Below are positions 1 to 12,013 of a stretch of 64,000 bases of DNA, piece after piece. Origin of the DNA: Octopus sinensis (Eukaryota); NCBI RefSeq assembly GCF_006345805.1, contig NC_043015.1:13392001-13456000 (forward strand). The letters run 5' to 3'. The first letter of the stretch is position 1; each line of letters begins with the position of its first letter. The notes under the pieces were generated by a model. The model made no database searches. It was not told the origin of the DNA and was given only the letters and a program-made list of their open reading frames with translations. A program made the position numbers and the translations under genes.

Positions 1-12
1 TTATTTTTCCAG

Positions 13-50
13 TTATACATGCAAAGAGTAAAAATACAGAATTAAAACAA
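13..50 (+). CDS. TMEM256: TMEM256-like membrane protein, internal coding exon (probably exon 2)
   Basis: Acceptor ttatttttccAG at 11-12 and donor GTGAGT at 51. The 38-nt phase 1->0 exon reads (V)IHAKSKNTELKQ and joins in frame to the exon at 2316. Confidence 0.75.
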
Positions 51-452
51 GTGAGTGATATTTTTGATTCATTTTTTAATTCCATATGTTGTAACTATAC
101 ATAGAAATATTCTGTAAAAAAAAAAGGGAAGTCTACAGAACTATGAAGATATAAATGAAATTTGTTTATACTGAGTGAGAGTTTAATTAGAGTATACACT
201 CAGTCAACGTGTATGGTTATAAATAAAGCAGCAGTGTTTTATGGTCTTTTTATGATGATGGATGAGATGGATTTATTACACTGTATTTTTTCTGTACAAG
301 TTAGTCTGATGTCATCTCTGTGAAGCTAGTATTTTAAGATACGACTTTACTACTTTTCCAAAGTCTATCTTCCTTTTACCACCTGTTCTGCAGATTTTTA
401 CTCCTTTCTCTTACCTTATCATCCTGTGCTCTTATGGATATGAAGCTACACC

Positions 453-699
453 TTATTTCTTTACTGCCCACAGGGGCCTACACACAGAGGGGACAAACAA
501 GGACAGACAACAAGGACAGACAAACGGATTAAGTCGATTATATCGACCCCAGTGCATAACTGGTACTTATTTAATCAACCCCAAAAGGATGAAAGGCAAA
601 GTCGACCTCGGTGGAATTTGAACTCAGAACGTAGCGGCAGACGAAATACTGCTATGCATTTCGTCCAGTGTGCTAACGTTTCTGCCAGCTCGCTGCCTT
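453..699 (-). mobile_element. tRNA-derived SINE, family A
   Basis: Minus strand has A-box GGCAGCGAGCTGGCAGAA and B-box GAGTTCAAATTCC. Flanked by direct repeat TGAAGCTACAC (441-451, 700-710), a target-site duplication. About 10 copies in the window. Confidence 0.85.
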
Positions 700-1719
700 T
701 GAAGCTACACTTTCTATAATACTACATCTTCACTACTATTAATAAACACAATTCAAAGCCATTACATACATTACAGATGTATGGTTTTACACTAATCAAC
801 AGAAGTCATTTGACCTGTTAAAACTAGCCATTAAATTTCTCTCAAATCATGATATAAGGGATACATTGGATTATGTAGCCCTAGATAAATAAAAGAGATG
901 GTATAATCATATTGACACACCTTTGTTTGTAGGCCTGCTCTATTAGAATGATCCTATGGCTAAACTATTATCACCTTTAATTGCAATCATGCATCTATCA
1001 CATATTGAAGACTCTTACAAAAGTTAGATTTCCTTTTTAGAGCCTGAAAATTCAGTTCTGAACAGTTGTTCACTGTAACCCTAGGTAGTCATTACCCATT
1101 GTATCAAAGTACTGTTCTCATATCTTCCTAATACCAACTACTTCACAGAGTATACTAGGTTCTTTTTTCATGGCACAAGCACTAGTGAGGTCACCATCTG
1201 CAATTATGCTTTCTGAATTGCATTTTCAAAACGAGTAAGCATTTGATAGACAAGCCTTCCCTGACTATGCATTTTCACTGACACTAAGTGTATTTTACCA
1301 TCTATTATTGCTGCTGCAATGGTTTAAGATTGCTGACTATGCACATCATCCAACTAAAGCAATCACAATCCCAATCTTTCTCAGTTCACTCTCAACCGTC
1401 TTTAAGAAAGGAAGGAAGAAACTATTGGATCATGAAATCCTAGATAAACAAAAAGACAAGGCATCAAGGCCCGAATATGGTTATTGATGTGCACTTTCAA
1501 GACTAACCTGGGATGAAACAACAACAGCTACAACTTTATATCATTATACCAACCTATCTTTTTCCTGTCTCATTGACTCTTTAACTTACACCTAAGAATC
1601 ACAAAATACTCCTTCTCAACCAATAGTAACATACTGGACTTTAAACTGGGCATTAATTAATCATCTTCACTTAATTTATCCTTATTCTACTCTGTATCAT
1701 ATTTGTTATTTAACATCCC

Positions 1720-1900
1720 TTTTTCCAGGCTGGCATGGATTGGACATTGTGACATGAACTTGCAAGCCAGAGGACTTGGCTGAGCACCAATGTCTGCTTT
1801 GACATGTTTCTACAGCTGGATACTCTTCCTAATGCCAACCACCCCACAGAATGTACTGGGTTCCTTTTCCATGGTACTAGCACTGGTGAAGGTACCAAGT
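1720..1900 (-). mobile_element. RTE-type 3' tail fragment
   Basis: Reverse complement of the 3' end of the RTE at 5620-5760 (ctacagctggatactcttcctaatgccaacc). Confidence 0.7.
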
Positions 1901-2315
1901 CCTTGTAGGACAAGCTCCCTGAACTGAGCGGGGTGTAGTATTGAGGAATATGAAAATATGATAGAGGGACAGGAGCAAGTGTTGAAGAGGTAAATACATG
2001 GCTTCCCATCTGGAATGAGAGAAGAGAGAGAGAGGGATGTAAGGTCAAGGAACAAGGTGAATATGAGAGACAGAATAGGATAGAAGAATAGTCAAGGTGG
2101 GTGAATAACCTAGAGTGAAATTAGTTTGAGAAGTGATTAAACATGGGATAATGTCTCATTTACTCAGACTTAATAAACTGTGTACTGTTGTAGGAATCTC
2201 CCATGTATTCATTGGTCAATGTCATTGATATTCAGTTCTTTTCTCGCTTTTATTTTACAAAAAGTATATTCATCATCATTTAACGTCCGCTTTCCATGCT
2301 ATGTTTATATTTTAG

Positions 2316-2396
2316 GTCTTTGACACAGGAAACAGTATACATCTGCTTCATTCAGTGGCTTTGTTGACTGTACCTTTAACAAGAAGACCTAATCTT
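2316..2396 (+). CDS. TMEM256: TMEM256-like membrane protein, 81-nt internal exon
   Basis: tttAG|GTC...CTT|GTAAGT. Translates VFDTGNSIHLLHSVALLTVPLTRRPNL, resembling the xFxxxNxxHxxHSxALL..P...P segment of TMEM256/DUF423 proteins (compared from memory). Confidence 0.9.
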
Positions 2397-2918
2397 GTAA
2401 GTAAATATTAATTTGTCACTTTGTTCTCTGAAGCAGTATTTTAAATCTTGAATGTCTCATTCATTTTTATATTCCTCAACCAGTTTGTATTGTTTTTGGC
2501 CAAACATTGAATATTAAAATGTGATTTTGCACTAATTATGGTCTTCGAATATACTGGTATGTGTGTTTGTGTGGCAGAAGTGTTAATGCTACTCCCGCTA
2601 TGGAAGGGGATTGGCCTGCAAGAGCCCTGTGTTGGTGCCACATAAAAAGCTCCCATAACATTCTGTTATTGAACATGATTTGTTCATGTCTTTTTTCTCT
2701 GGATGTCTACTATATCAGGATTTTAACCCACATAGATCTACGCAGGATTGCACCTAAGGACTTATGCTCTTGTTTCTACAACTTCAGCAAGTTGAACTAT
2801 GAACTTTTATGCTTCTTTTTTCTTCTTTCTCTCCATCTCCTTATTCTTTTACTCCCTTCCTCTATGTTGTCATCTCATTAATATATACCATTCTCATTTT
2901 CCTTATTTTTCCCTATTT

Positions 2919-2974
2919 GTCTCTGATGATGGAATATCCCATATAATGGGACATCCCAGAAACAACTGTGAGAC
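2919..2974 (+). ncRNA. Minimal type-I hammerhead ribozyme motif, probably inactive (G17)
   Basis: Helix I GTCT/AGAC, core CTGATGA, long helix II (tggaatatcccat/atgggacatccca), GAAA, helix III CAACTG, then TG. The cleavage triplet is GUG. Confidence 0.6.
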
Positions 2975-3214
2975 TTTGGATTTTTTTTCTAATAATAATA
3001 ATATATGTATGACTTGAGATGTTTGCTTTGCCTTAACGTTTGTTGTCCTCTTTTACAATTATATATCTGCTATATTGGAAATCTGCAATGGCTCCATAAC
3101 TACCATCTCGGCTATAACCTTGGAGCCCTAGTAATCCATTACAGCACTTACCTAGCATACCTAATCGTTTAGATCACCTGTGAACTAAACCTCCATACTT
3201 TGTATATCATCGTT

Positions 3215-3362
3215 GTTCATCATCATCATCATTTAACGTCTGCTTTCCATGCTGGCATGGGTTGAACTGTTTGACTGAGGACCAGTGAACCAGAGGCTGC
3301 ACCAGGCGCAATCTGATCTGGCAAAGTTTCTACAGCTAGATGCCCTTCCTAATCCCAACCAC
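3215..3362 (-). mobile_element. RTE-type 3' tail fragment with (CAT)n tail
   Basis: catcatcatcatttaacgtctgctttccatgctggcatggg is the reverse complement of the 5640-5760 tail. Confidence 0.75.
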
Positions 3363-3424
3363 GCCAATTCTCTACCATCTTTAAAATTGTAAGAAATGTA
3401 ACTTTTAATTTGTAATGGTCCAGG

Positions 3425-3714
3425 TATGGCTGTATGGTTGAGAAACTTGCTTCCCAACCATGTGGTCTTGGGTTCAGTCCCTCTGCAAACCACCTTGGGC
3501 AAGTATCTTTTACTATACCTGCAGGCTGACCAAAGCCTTGTATATCGATTTGGTAGATAGAAACTCAAAATAACTCATAGCATCCATCTGTAAAGTGGTT
3601 AAGAAGAGCAACCAGCTGTGAAAACCATACCAAAGCTTACAGTGGATTTTGGTGTAGACCTCTAGTTTACCAGCTCCTATCAAACTGTCCAAAAAATGCT
3701 AGCATAGAAGATGA
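3425..3714 (+). mobile_element. Composite SINE: family C tRNA/CORE-like head plus RTE-derived tail
   Basis: Head similar to 18441-18600, followed by a degenerate copy of the RTE 3' tail. Confidence 0.55.
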
Positions 3715-5760
3715 ACATTGCCAATGTCCAGAGACGTGAGGATGAAAGAGCTGAGGTATTTTGGATTGCAAGACAGTGTGTGAGAGAAAATTGTGATGTC
3801 ACAGGAGAGAAATGTGTCCGCATGGATGATGGTGAACTTGCTTCTAATGATTCGGAAAAGAAAGAGGCTTGGAGAAGCCATTATGAAAGACTGCTGAATG
3901 TGGAGAATGAATGGAAGGAAGAGAGCCTACCAAATGTTGACCCAGTAGAGGGACCAGCTCCCTGGTAGATAAAGCAATTAAGGGTATGAAGCCAGGAAAA
4001 GCCCCCAGCCCACCAAGAATCACTGCTGAGATGCTTAAAACATCTGGTGGTGTGGGCTATGGCCTAGTCACCCACATTAAACCAGGTAGTTCATGATGGA
4101 GTCATACCCAATGACTGGCATAGCAGCACCATAGTCAACTGCTACAAGGGTAAAGGTAAAGCTCTAGATAGAAATAACTACAGGGGTATCAAACTGCTGG
4201 ATCAGATGATGAAGGTCACGGAGAGGGTCATAGCCCATCTCATTAGGGAGAGAGTCTGTGTAGATGAGATGCAGTTTGGTTTTGTGCTAGGCAGAATCAC
4301 CACTGATGCTATATTCCTGGTTTGACAACTGCAGGAGAAATACCTAGCTAAAGATAAACCCATATACTTAGCTTTTGTGGACTTGGAGAAAGCCTTCTAT
4401 GCTGATGACCTGGCCCTCATAGCAGAATCACTAGAAATTTAGGGTGTGGAAGCAAGGTTTAGAATCAAAAGACCTTAGAGTCAATGTAGCAAAGACTAAA
4501 GTTCTAGTAAGTAGGAAGGCGAGCACATCACACACCCCCTCGATCTGTAGAAAAGGTGTAGGAAGAAACTCCATAAGATGTACCCAATGTAAACTATGGA
4601 CACATAAGAGAGGTGCAGCAACATCAAAGGAAGATTAACCATGAAGATAGCTTTCATGTGTGGCAGACAAACAGGGGCAATAAACACCACAGATGTTCAG
4701 AAAATGGATTCCATCATATTCCAGGGGAAGAAACTAGTAGTTGATAGCTTCCGCTACCTATGTGACCGAGTTAGTTGTGGAGGTGGATGGGCAAAGTTTA
4801 GAAAGCTTCTACCCCTACTGGTTACAAAGGGCCTCTCGCTCAGAGTGAAAGATAGATTGTACGATGCATGTGTGCAAACTGCCATGCTTCACGGCAATGA
4901 AATATGGGCCGTGACTGTGGAGGACATACGTAGGCTTGAAAGAAATGAAGCTAGCATGATCCGCTGGATGTGTAATGTCAGTGTGCACACATGACAGAGT
5001 GTAAGCACCCTGAGAGAAATGTTGGACATAAGAAGCATCGGATGTAGCGTGCAAGAGAGACGTTTGTGTTGGTATGATCATGTACTACGGATGGATGGGG
5101 CGAGCTGTGTGAAGAAGTGCCACTCCCAAACAGTTGAAGGAATCCAGGGTAGAAGTAAACCCAGGAAGTCATGGGATGAGGTGGTCAAGCATGTCCTTCA
5201 AATGCTGGGCCTCACAGAGGCAATGACGAAAGACCGAGACCTCTGGAGATATGCTGTGACTGCGAAGACCTGGCAAATAAAGTGAGTTCATGGCTGTATC
5301 CTACACCAGTTTTGCATAACCAGTCGCAGCCCATTCAAAAGTACCTTTGATCATAGGGCGACCTGCTGTACGTGAAGAGACCTATTGAGTCAAGTATATC
5401 AATAGCAAAATGAAAATCAAATGCAAATTGTAGTTGTGATACCCGTGCCAGTGGTACGTAAAAAGCACCATCCGAACGTGGCTGATGCCAGTGCTGCCTT
5501 GACTGGCTTCCGTGCCGGTGGCACATAAAATGCACCAACTGATCGTGGCCATTTCCAGCCTCGTCTGGCCTCTGTGCCGGTGGCACGTAAAAAGCACCCA
5601 CTACACTCATGGAGTGGTTGGCATTAGGAAGGGCATCCAGCTGTAGAAACACTGCCAGATCAGACTGGAGCCTGGTGCAGCCTTCTGGCTTCCCAGACCG
5701 CGGTTGAACCGTCCAAGCATGGAAAACGGACGTTAAATGATGATAATGATGATGATGATG
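3715..5760 (+). mobile_element. 5'-truncated, decayed RTE-clade LINE (reverse transcriptase relic)
   Basis: Frames give EAWRSHYERLLNVENEW, NYRGIKLLDQMMKV, QFGF, LAFVDLEKAF, YADDL and RLCWYDHVLRMD...RSKPRKSW. The 3' UTR has repeated GTGCC-GGT-GGCAC hairpins and a (GAT)n tail. Many stops and frameshifts. Confidence 0.9.
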
Positions 5761-7230
5761 TTTGTGTTTGCATATGCATGTGTGTACACTAGTCAAAAGT
5801 CTAAAGATATGGACCATAATCCAAACAGATAAACACCAAAATACTCATTAGCTATAAAGTGTTTAACATTCCAGTGTTAACTGAGAAGTGGATTTAGTTG
5901 ATATGTAAGAGGGCAGTTGATAGGAACAATGGGTATACAAAATATATAGTGTGATTTGTATCAAGTTGATTGAGAACAAAGACTTGAAATGTGCCAGAAA
6001 AACAGAAATAGCATTTACAAACTGCTCTCTTGTTCAGTAGGCATAGTTGACCTGATTTATATATGAGGGATTGAAGTGAGAGTGTGAGAAATAGAATAAG
6101 CCATGGGTGTAATACATTTATGAAGCTATTACCTCTGTTAGAAAATAAGTTTGCTTTTCAGTACAGATAGTTAATGACATGAAGTATGTGTAAGAAGCAT
6201 CATAGGACATGATAGTGTGACATAGGAGTAAGGTGTGAAATATCTGTGAAGGCTATAGAGAAGGAAATGGCTTGTAAAGTCCTTTGTTTATATCTCATTA
6301 ATTAGCAGGAAAAGAAGAGCACAAGTGAGCTATTGTAATCTAGACAAATTTTGTTGAGTGCTGTGTAGGTACTGACAGTACGAAGTGTTTGTATCAATGA
6401 AATGACACAGATAGTACTAGATTCCCCATTGATGAGTATTCAGTTGTTTGATCAACTGGATGGCCTACTCTTGAAGTTTATGTTAACATGTTGCATCTCA
6501 AGTGTCATTTCTCTTTGTGTCCCAGGGTCCCAATATGACATTTTAATTAATATCGATGTGAGTACCATGATATTTTCACTATACCATATGTGAAGCAAAG
6601 ATCACATACAGAAGCATCAATGACATTTCAATACCAACAAGACCTAGGAGAGGAAAGTCTCAAGAAAATATGATAGGCCACACTTTGAGACAGCTCGTAA
6701 TCAAAAACAATGGAGAAACATATCCCCTTCTCAAATTTACACACTTATCGTAGTGGTCCTTCAGCTTTTCTAAGCCTTGTTAAAGACCTCTGAAGGTTGG
6801 GCCTCCAACTTGGCCTTTCATGATACCCTTAAAGCAGGAACTTTGCAGCACCCCCTTCTACAACTAGTCCTAAAATGCTTCAGAATTTCCCTACAAATAC
6901 TAACCTCAGATTCTTCATGCTTCATACCTGAAATCTTCCAGTCTAAGCAGTCTAAGGACCTGCAAAGGCATCTTCCTAAGATATACCTAAAGCTTGTAAT
7001 TTACTATTACAGCTAGGAATACAAAACTTTAGTATACAGATAGTAGTAATACTAATGAAAAATGTCAAGATACAGATGTTATTCTTCAGTTGCATATTTA
7101 TACATGTGTGTAATCAAGAATAATAGTTATTCGAAAGTGTTAACTTTCAGTTTATAGTTAGAATGTAGCAAATTAACACTTTAGTTACAGGGTGGGAGCA
7201 CTAAGTGGTGAAGTGTATAATTGCATTATT

Positions 7231-7970
7231 ACCAGTTTGAATATGCCAGTAGCATGTTTGGACTTGTAAATAAGCCATTTAGTGTGTTTTGTCATGGAGA
7301 AAATTTCTCGTTCTAGACAAATGGTGTAAATACACTTAAATCAGCTCACAACCCCACCTATACAGACTGAGATGCAAGCATTTTGGAGTGGTTATCTCCT
7401 CTTCAGTCACAGAAACCAGATGGCAGCACTATGAGCTGATAAGAAAGACAATCTTTCTTATGTTATTCCAATCAACATACATCAGCTGGTAGTAAAAATC
7501 GATGGCTCATCATAATTAAATTACAGGGTGGTAGCATCATAATTAAATTACATGGTGGTATTTACACCATTTGGAGGTGCAATGGCCCAGTGGTTAGGGC
7601 AGCAGACTTGCGGGCGGAGGATTGCAGTTTCGATTCCCAGACCGGGTGTTGTGTGTGTTTATTAAGCGAAAACAACTAAAAGCTCCACAAGGCAGGGTGT
7701 GGTGGTGACCCCTGTTGTGCTCTTTCGTCACAACTTTCTCTCATTCTTTCTTCCTGTTTCTTGACTAATGCTGTGATGGTCTGGCATCCCATCCAGTTGG
7801 GGGGAACACATACACCACAGAAACCAGGAAACCGGGCCCATGAACCTGGCTAGGCTTGAAAAGGGCGAGGAAAAAAAAATTGACACCATTTGTCTACAGC
7901 GAGAAATTTTCTCCATGACAAAACATAGTGAATGGCTTACTTACAAGCTATTGGTATATTGAAACTGGTG
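7231..7970. mobile_element. MITE-like element with long imperfect TIRs, interrupted by a SINE
   Basis: 7231-7330 is the reverse complement of 7880-7970, with a perfect 24-bp core ttttgtcatggagaaaatttctcg. Confidence 0.7.
7573..7879 (+). mobile_element. tRNA-derived SINE, family D
   Basis: A-box TGGCCCAGTGG and B-box GTTTCGATTCC, A-rich tail. Flanked by tt(t/g)acaccattt direct repeats (7561-7572, 7880-7891). Confidence 0.8.
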
Positions 7971-7986
7971 ATAACACTGCATTTAA

Positions 7987-8185
7987 CCCTTTAATGTTCA
8001 GATTATTCTGTTAAATGTAATGCTTACTTCTTCACAATGTTTTGAATGAATTATGCATTATCTTGTAGTCTCAAGATTTTGAAGATGTGATTGTAGTGTA
8101 GGTGTGAGAGGTCAGATCTGGAAGGCTTGAACACAAAACAAGTAGAATATTTTGGCCAGATATGGCCAGTTTAAATGCTAAAGGG
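7987..8185. mobile_element. piggyBac-type MITE
   Basis: TTAA|CCCTTTA...TAAAGGG|TTAA: TTAA target duplication and CCC termini. Confidence 0.75.
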
Positions 8186-8357
8186 TTAACCAAAAAAATC
8201 ACAAAAACAAATCTACCTTATAAAAAGATTTAGATGTATAGTTTTATGCCGAGTATCACTGCATGGAATTTTGGGCAAATGTTTTCTAGTATAGCCCTAG
8301 GTGAATCAATACCTGGTAAGTGAATTTGGTGAACAGAAACTGTATGGAAGCCCATTA

Positions 8358-8567
8358 TCTATTATATAAAATCCGTTCTGTCTGTGTGTGTGTGTGTGTG
8401 TGTGTCTTCTAGGATCTCGAGCATCCTCCATCTGATTGCACTCAAATTTGATATGTAGATACTGATGGTATCAGGGTATGTATAAGTCTTGAAAAAATTA
8501 CAAAAATCAATTCTAGGTGAGAATGTGATCGATAAAGCCGTGGGAACATGCATTTGTACGTGCCAGT
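8358..8567 (+). mobile_element. Non-autonomous Helitron-like element nested in a SINE C relic
   Basis: Begins A|TCTATTATATAAAATCCG followed by (TG)n, like the 5' ends at 20179 and 57272. The 3' end is uncertain. Confidence 0.5.
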
Positions 8568-9107
8568 ACATCAGCACCGTCCATTGGATGGTGGGTCTTT
8601 TGATCGTATATATATATATATATATATGCATGAATGAATGTGTGTGTGTGTGTGTGTATTTGTACTTCTGCTGGTCTATCACTGGTATAAGTTAGTTTAC
8701 ATCTCCATAATTTAACAGTTTATCAAAAAAGGGTATTTGGGTACAAAAAAGGGTACCTGATCAATAGAAAAACCTTTCAGTGGGGCACCGCAGCATGGCC
8801 ACGGTCTAATGACTGAAATAAGTGGGGAAAAAATCTTAAACATTTATATCATCTAAGCTGTATATCAGATAACAGATATGTCACTTAAACAAATATATCA
8901 TATAGGCAGTTATATTAAGATGCATCTCACAACAGATGTATTCTGTCTTTGATCTTTTACTTGTTTCAGTCATTAGACTATGGCCATATTGATCTCTTTT
9001 GCCAAACTGCTAAGTTATAGGGACATAAACAAACCAGCACTGGTTGTCAAGCAGTAGTGGAGGACAAATGAAGTCATACACACACACACACACACACATG
9101 TATATCT

Positions 9108-9338
9108 GTTTCTTTATTACCCACAAAGGGCTAAACATAGAAGGGACAAACAAGGACAGACAAACGGATTGAGTTGATTACATTGACCCCAGTGCGTAAC
9201 TGGTACTTAATTTACCGACCCTGAAAGGATGAAAGGCAAAGTCGACCTCGGCGGAATTTGAACTCAGAACGTAACGGTAGACGAAATACGGCTATGCATT
9301 TCGCCCGGCGTGCTAACGGTTCTGCTAGCTCGCCGCCT
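9108..9338 (-). mobile_element. SINE family A
   Basis: Near-identical to 453-699 and 16431-16655. Confidence 0.85.
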
Positions 9339-9950
9339 GTCCATGCTGGCATGAGTTGGATGGTGTGACCAGAGCTGGCAAGTTGGGGAGCTGCACCAGA
9401 CCCCAGTCTGATTTGACATGGTTTCTATGGCTGGATGCCCTCCATAACACCAATTATTTTACAGTGTGTGCTGGGTGCTTTTATGTGGAACTACACAGGC
9501 ACTTTTATGTGGCACCACACAGGCACTTTTTACATGGCACCACATGGGCACTTTTATGTGGCACCACATGGGCACTTTTATGTGACATGACACAGGCACT
9601 TTTATGTGTTACTGTACGAGTACTTTTATGTGGCATCGCATGGGCACTTTTACATGACACTGCCATGAGTGCTCTACATCACCAGAAGGATTGATCTTAA
9701 CATTTCTACTGTGGACTTTGGGTCTTCTTGAGTACAACAAGGTGCCAGGTATCTCCATCCTTTGTCATCTTGCCTGAAAGGTTCAGCTTCCTGAGGTTGT
9801 TCTTCAGTACTTCATCCTTGAAAGATTCAGCTTCAGGGGATGGCTTCTTTCAGTTTCCATCTACCAAACCCATTGACAAGGCTTTGGCTGGTCTGGGGCT
9901 ATTTGTAGAAGACTCAACCATGTGGTTGGGAAGTCAAGACCTTACCATTT
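9339..9950 (-). mobile_element. Composite SINE C head plus RTE C-terminal/3' UTR, with 24-bp minisatellite
   Basis: RTE tail at the left end, about 8 tandem copies of ggcacttttatgtggcaccacatg (9480-9670), an RTE C-terminal relic, then the SINE C head. Confidence 0.65.
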
Positions 9951-10285
9951 GGTCATTCTTGTGCCTATAAAGTGCTATCTCATATGACCAGAAATATCAA
10001 ATATCTCATATATTAACAGATATATTTTACAAACAAAATATGAAAGAACAAATATCATGTCTGCATATTAACCTTTATCATGCTGTTAGTGCATCATGTC
10101 ACCATATGAGTTTTCTCCTCTCTCAATGCAACACAATATGCCTGCTGCTGCAGGGGAGAAAACTTGTATGGCAACATGATGCACTTAAGCATGCTAAAGG
10201 TTAATGTAAAAGTTATTGTTTTTGTTTTAATTTTTGTTTTTAACAGCATTTTAATGACATTTTTATTTTTCTTTGAAATTTTCAG

Positions 10286-10429
10286 ACTGGTTACTTGCTC
10301 ACAACTGGAATGTTGCTGTTTTCAGGCACTTGTTACTACCATGCATTAACTGATGATAAAAGACTGCGGATATTCACACCCTATGGTGGAATGTTTCTTA
10401 TTCTGGGTTGGATTATCATAGCAGTCTAA
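10286..10429 (+). CDS. TMEM256: TMEM256-like membrane protein, terminal coding exon
   Basis: Pyrimidine tract and ttcAG at 10284-10285. Reads TGYLLTTGMLLFSGTCYYHALTDDKRLRIFTPYGGMFLILGWIIIAV-TAA, matching the TMEM256 C-terminus pattern (G..LF...YY.AL....P.GG..L..GW). Confidence 0.92.
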   Translation, partial: TGYLLTTGMLLFSGTCYYHALTDDKRLRIFTPYGGMFLILGWIIIAV

Positions 10430-10537
10430 TTAAAAAATTGACTATTAGAGAAAATAATCCCTAGTATTCAAAGAGAACTGTAAAAGTCAATTCTGTGAAA
10501 AAAAAAAAAAACGAAATGAGATATGCTGAACAGTATG

Positions 10538-10549
10538 AATAAAAATAAA
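10538..10549 (+). terminator. Candidate polyadenylation signals of TMEM256
   Basis: Two adjacent AATAAA hexamers about 110 nt after the stop codon, followed by a GT/T-rich stretch. Confidence 0.45.
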
Positions 10550-11600
10550 TTTGATGTTTTAGGTGTTGTCTTTCATCGAACTTTGATAAAGAGCACTTTC
10601 AAAAGTATTAGATATCTCCCGTTATATACATTTATCTACTTTTAGAGAAATTTGCTTCTCTTGCTGAACATTATCCTCATATGTTTATATTTTGTAACTT
10701 CTTTTCGCATTTTTAACATAAAATGAAAACGGAAAAATAACCGAAATAATTATTATTTAATCACGAACGTTATTGATATTTTCTTACAAGAAAATTTTTG
10801 TTTAAATAAAAATTTAAAAAATAACTAACATTATAAACTGTTTGTTTTTATTTAAATTCTAATATGTCTGTGAGACTGAGTTTTTGTTTGGTTAATTAGC
10901 TGGTTAGTAATACTGTGTGTTGATGAAAAGAAATTAGAATGAGGTGAAATCAATGAATAATCTCGGACAAAGACTTAATGTTTGTCAGATTTTATGGAAG
11001 TCCACACAACTACATAAATATAGAGCTTAATGTTAAGAGACGGTCAGACCAGAAGCTGACCTGGAGTAGTGAGGGCTTTTCATTGTTGAGGTTACAAATG
11101 GCAATGTAAGGACTTTGACAATTGTAACTGATTGATTAATTAACCAAATGAATAGTGGAACAATTGATTAGTTTATTGGTTAAATAGTTAACCAATTGAC
11201 AAATAATAAAGAAGTGAAATAGAACCAGTGTATGTGTTTATTATTAGCATAAAGATTATCCCAAGATACAATAAAAGATATTAGAAACTTGACATTTTCA
11301 TCTTTTCTAGAATATTTTGCAACTTAAAACAATTTTGACTGAGAATCAAAACTGTTGTTCATTTTGCTCAACATTTTGTAAAATCAATATAAAATTGGTT
11401 GAAGAGTGACTAACTCTGAGAATGAATTTGACTATAACTTAAATTGGTGTATGATTACCACACGAGGACCATAACCTGGTTCTAAAATCACGTAAAACAC
11501 ATTAATTTCATTCTTTCTGAGAATATATTTTAATAGAGGTAAGTCTAATGAAACTCTATGTAGCAGCCCCTCTGTGTCACTCATTCAAAGTGCTATGCTA

Positions 11601-12013
11601 TTACTCTTTTACTTATTTCAGTCATTTGACTGCGGCCATGCTGGAGCACTGCCTTTGGTCGAGCAAATCGACTCCAGGACTTATTCTTTGTAAGCCTAGT
11701 ACTTATTCTATTGGTCTCTTTTGCCGAACTGCTAAGTTACGGGGCTCATAAACACCAACATCCATTGTCAAGCGATGGTTGGGGGAACAAACATATACAC
11801 ACACATACATATATATATATGTATATATATACACACATATATACGATAGGCTTCCTTCAGTTTCTGTCTATCAAATCCACTCAAAAGTTTTTGGTTGGCC
11901 CGTCGCTATAGTAGAAGACACTTGCCCAAGGTGCCACGCAGTGGGACTGAACCCGGAACCATGTGGTTGGTAAGCAAGCTACTTACCACATGACCACTTA
12001 CCACACAGCTACT
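11601..12013 (-). mobile_element. tRNA-derived SINE, family C (full length, central TA/CA microsatellite)
   Basis: Reverse complement of the 18441-18850 copy. B-box GGTTCAGTCC and CORE-like accttgggcaagtgtctt. Confidence 0.85.

Noticed and set aside
6180-7020. Possible CR1/RTE relics in the TMEM256 intron
   Set aside because: Only composition bias and scattered weak motifs; cannot be supported by eye.
9480-9670. Regularly spaced 24-bp repeats resembling a CRISPR array
   Set aside because: There are no unique spacers and no cas genes; this is a degenerate tandem repeat in an RTE-derived tail in a eukaryotic context.
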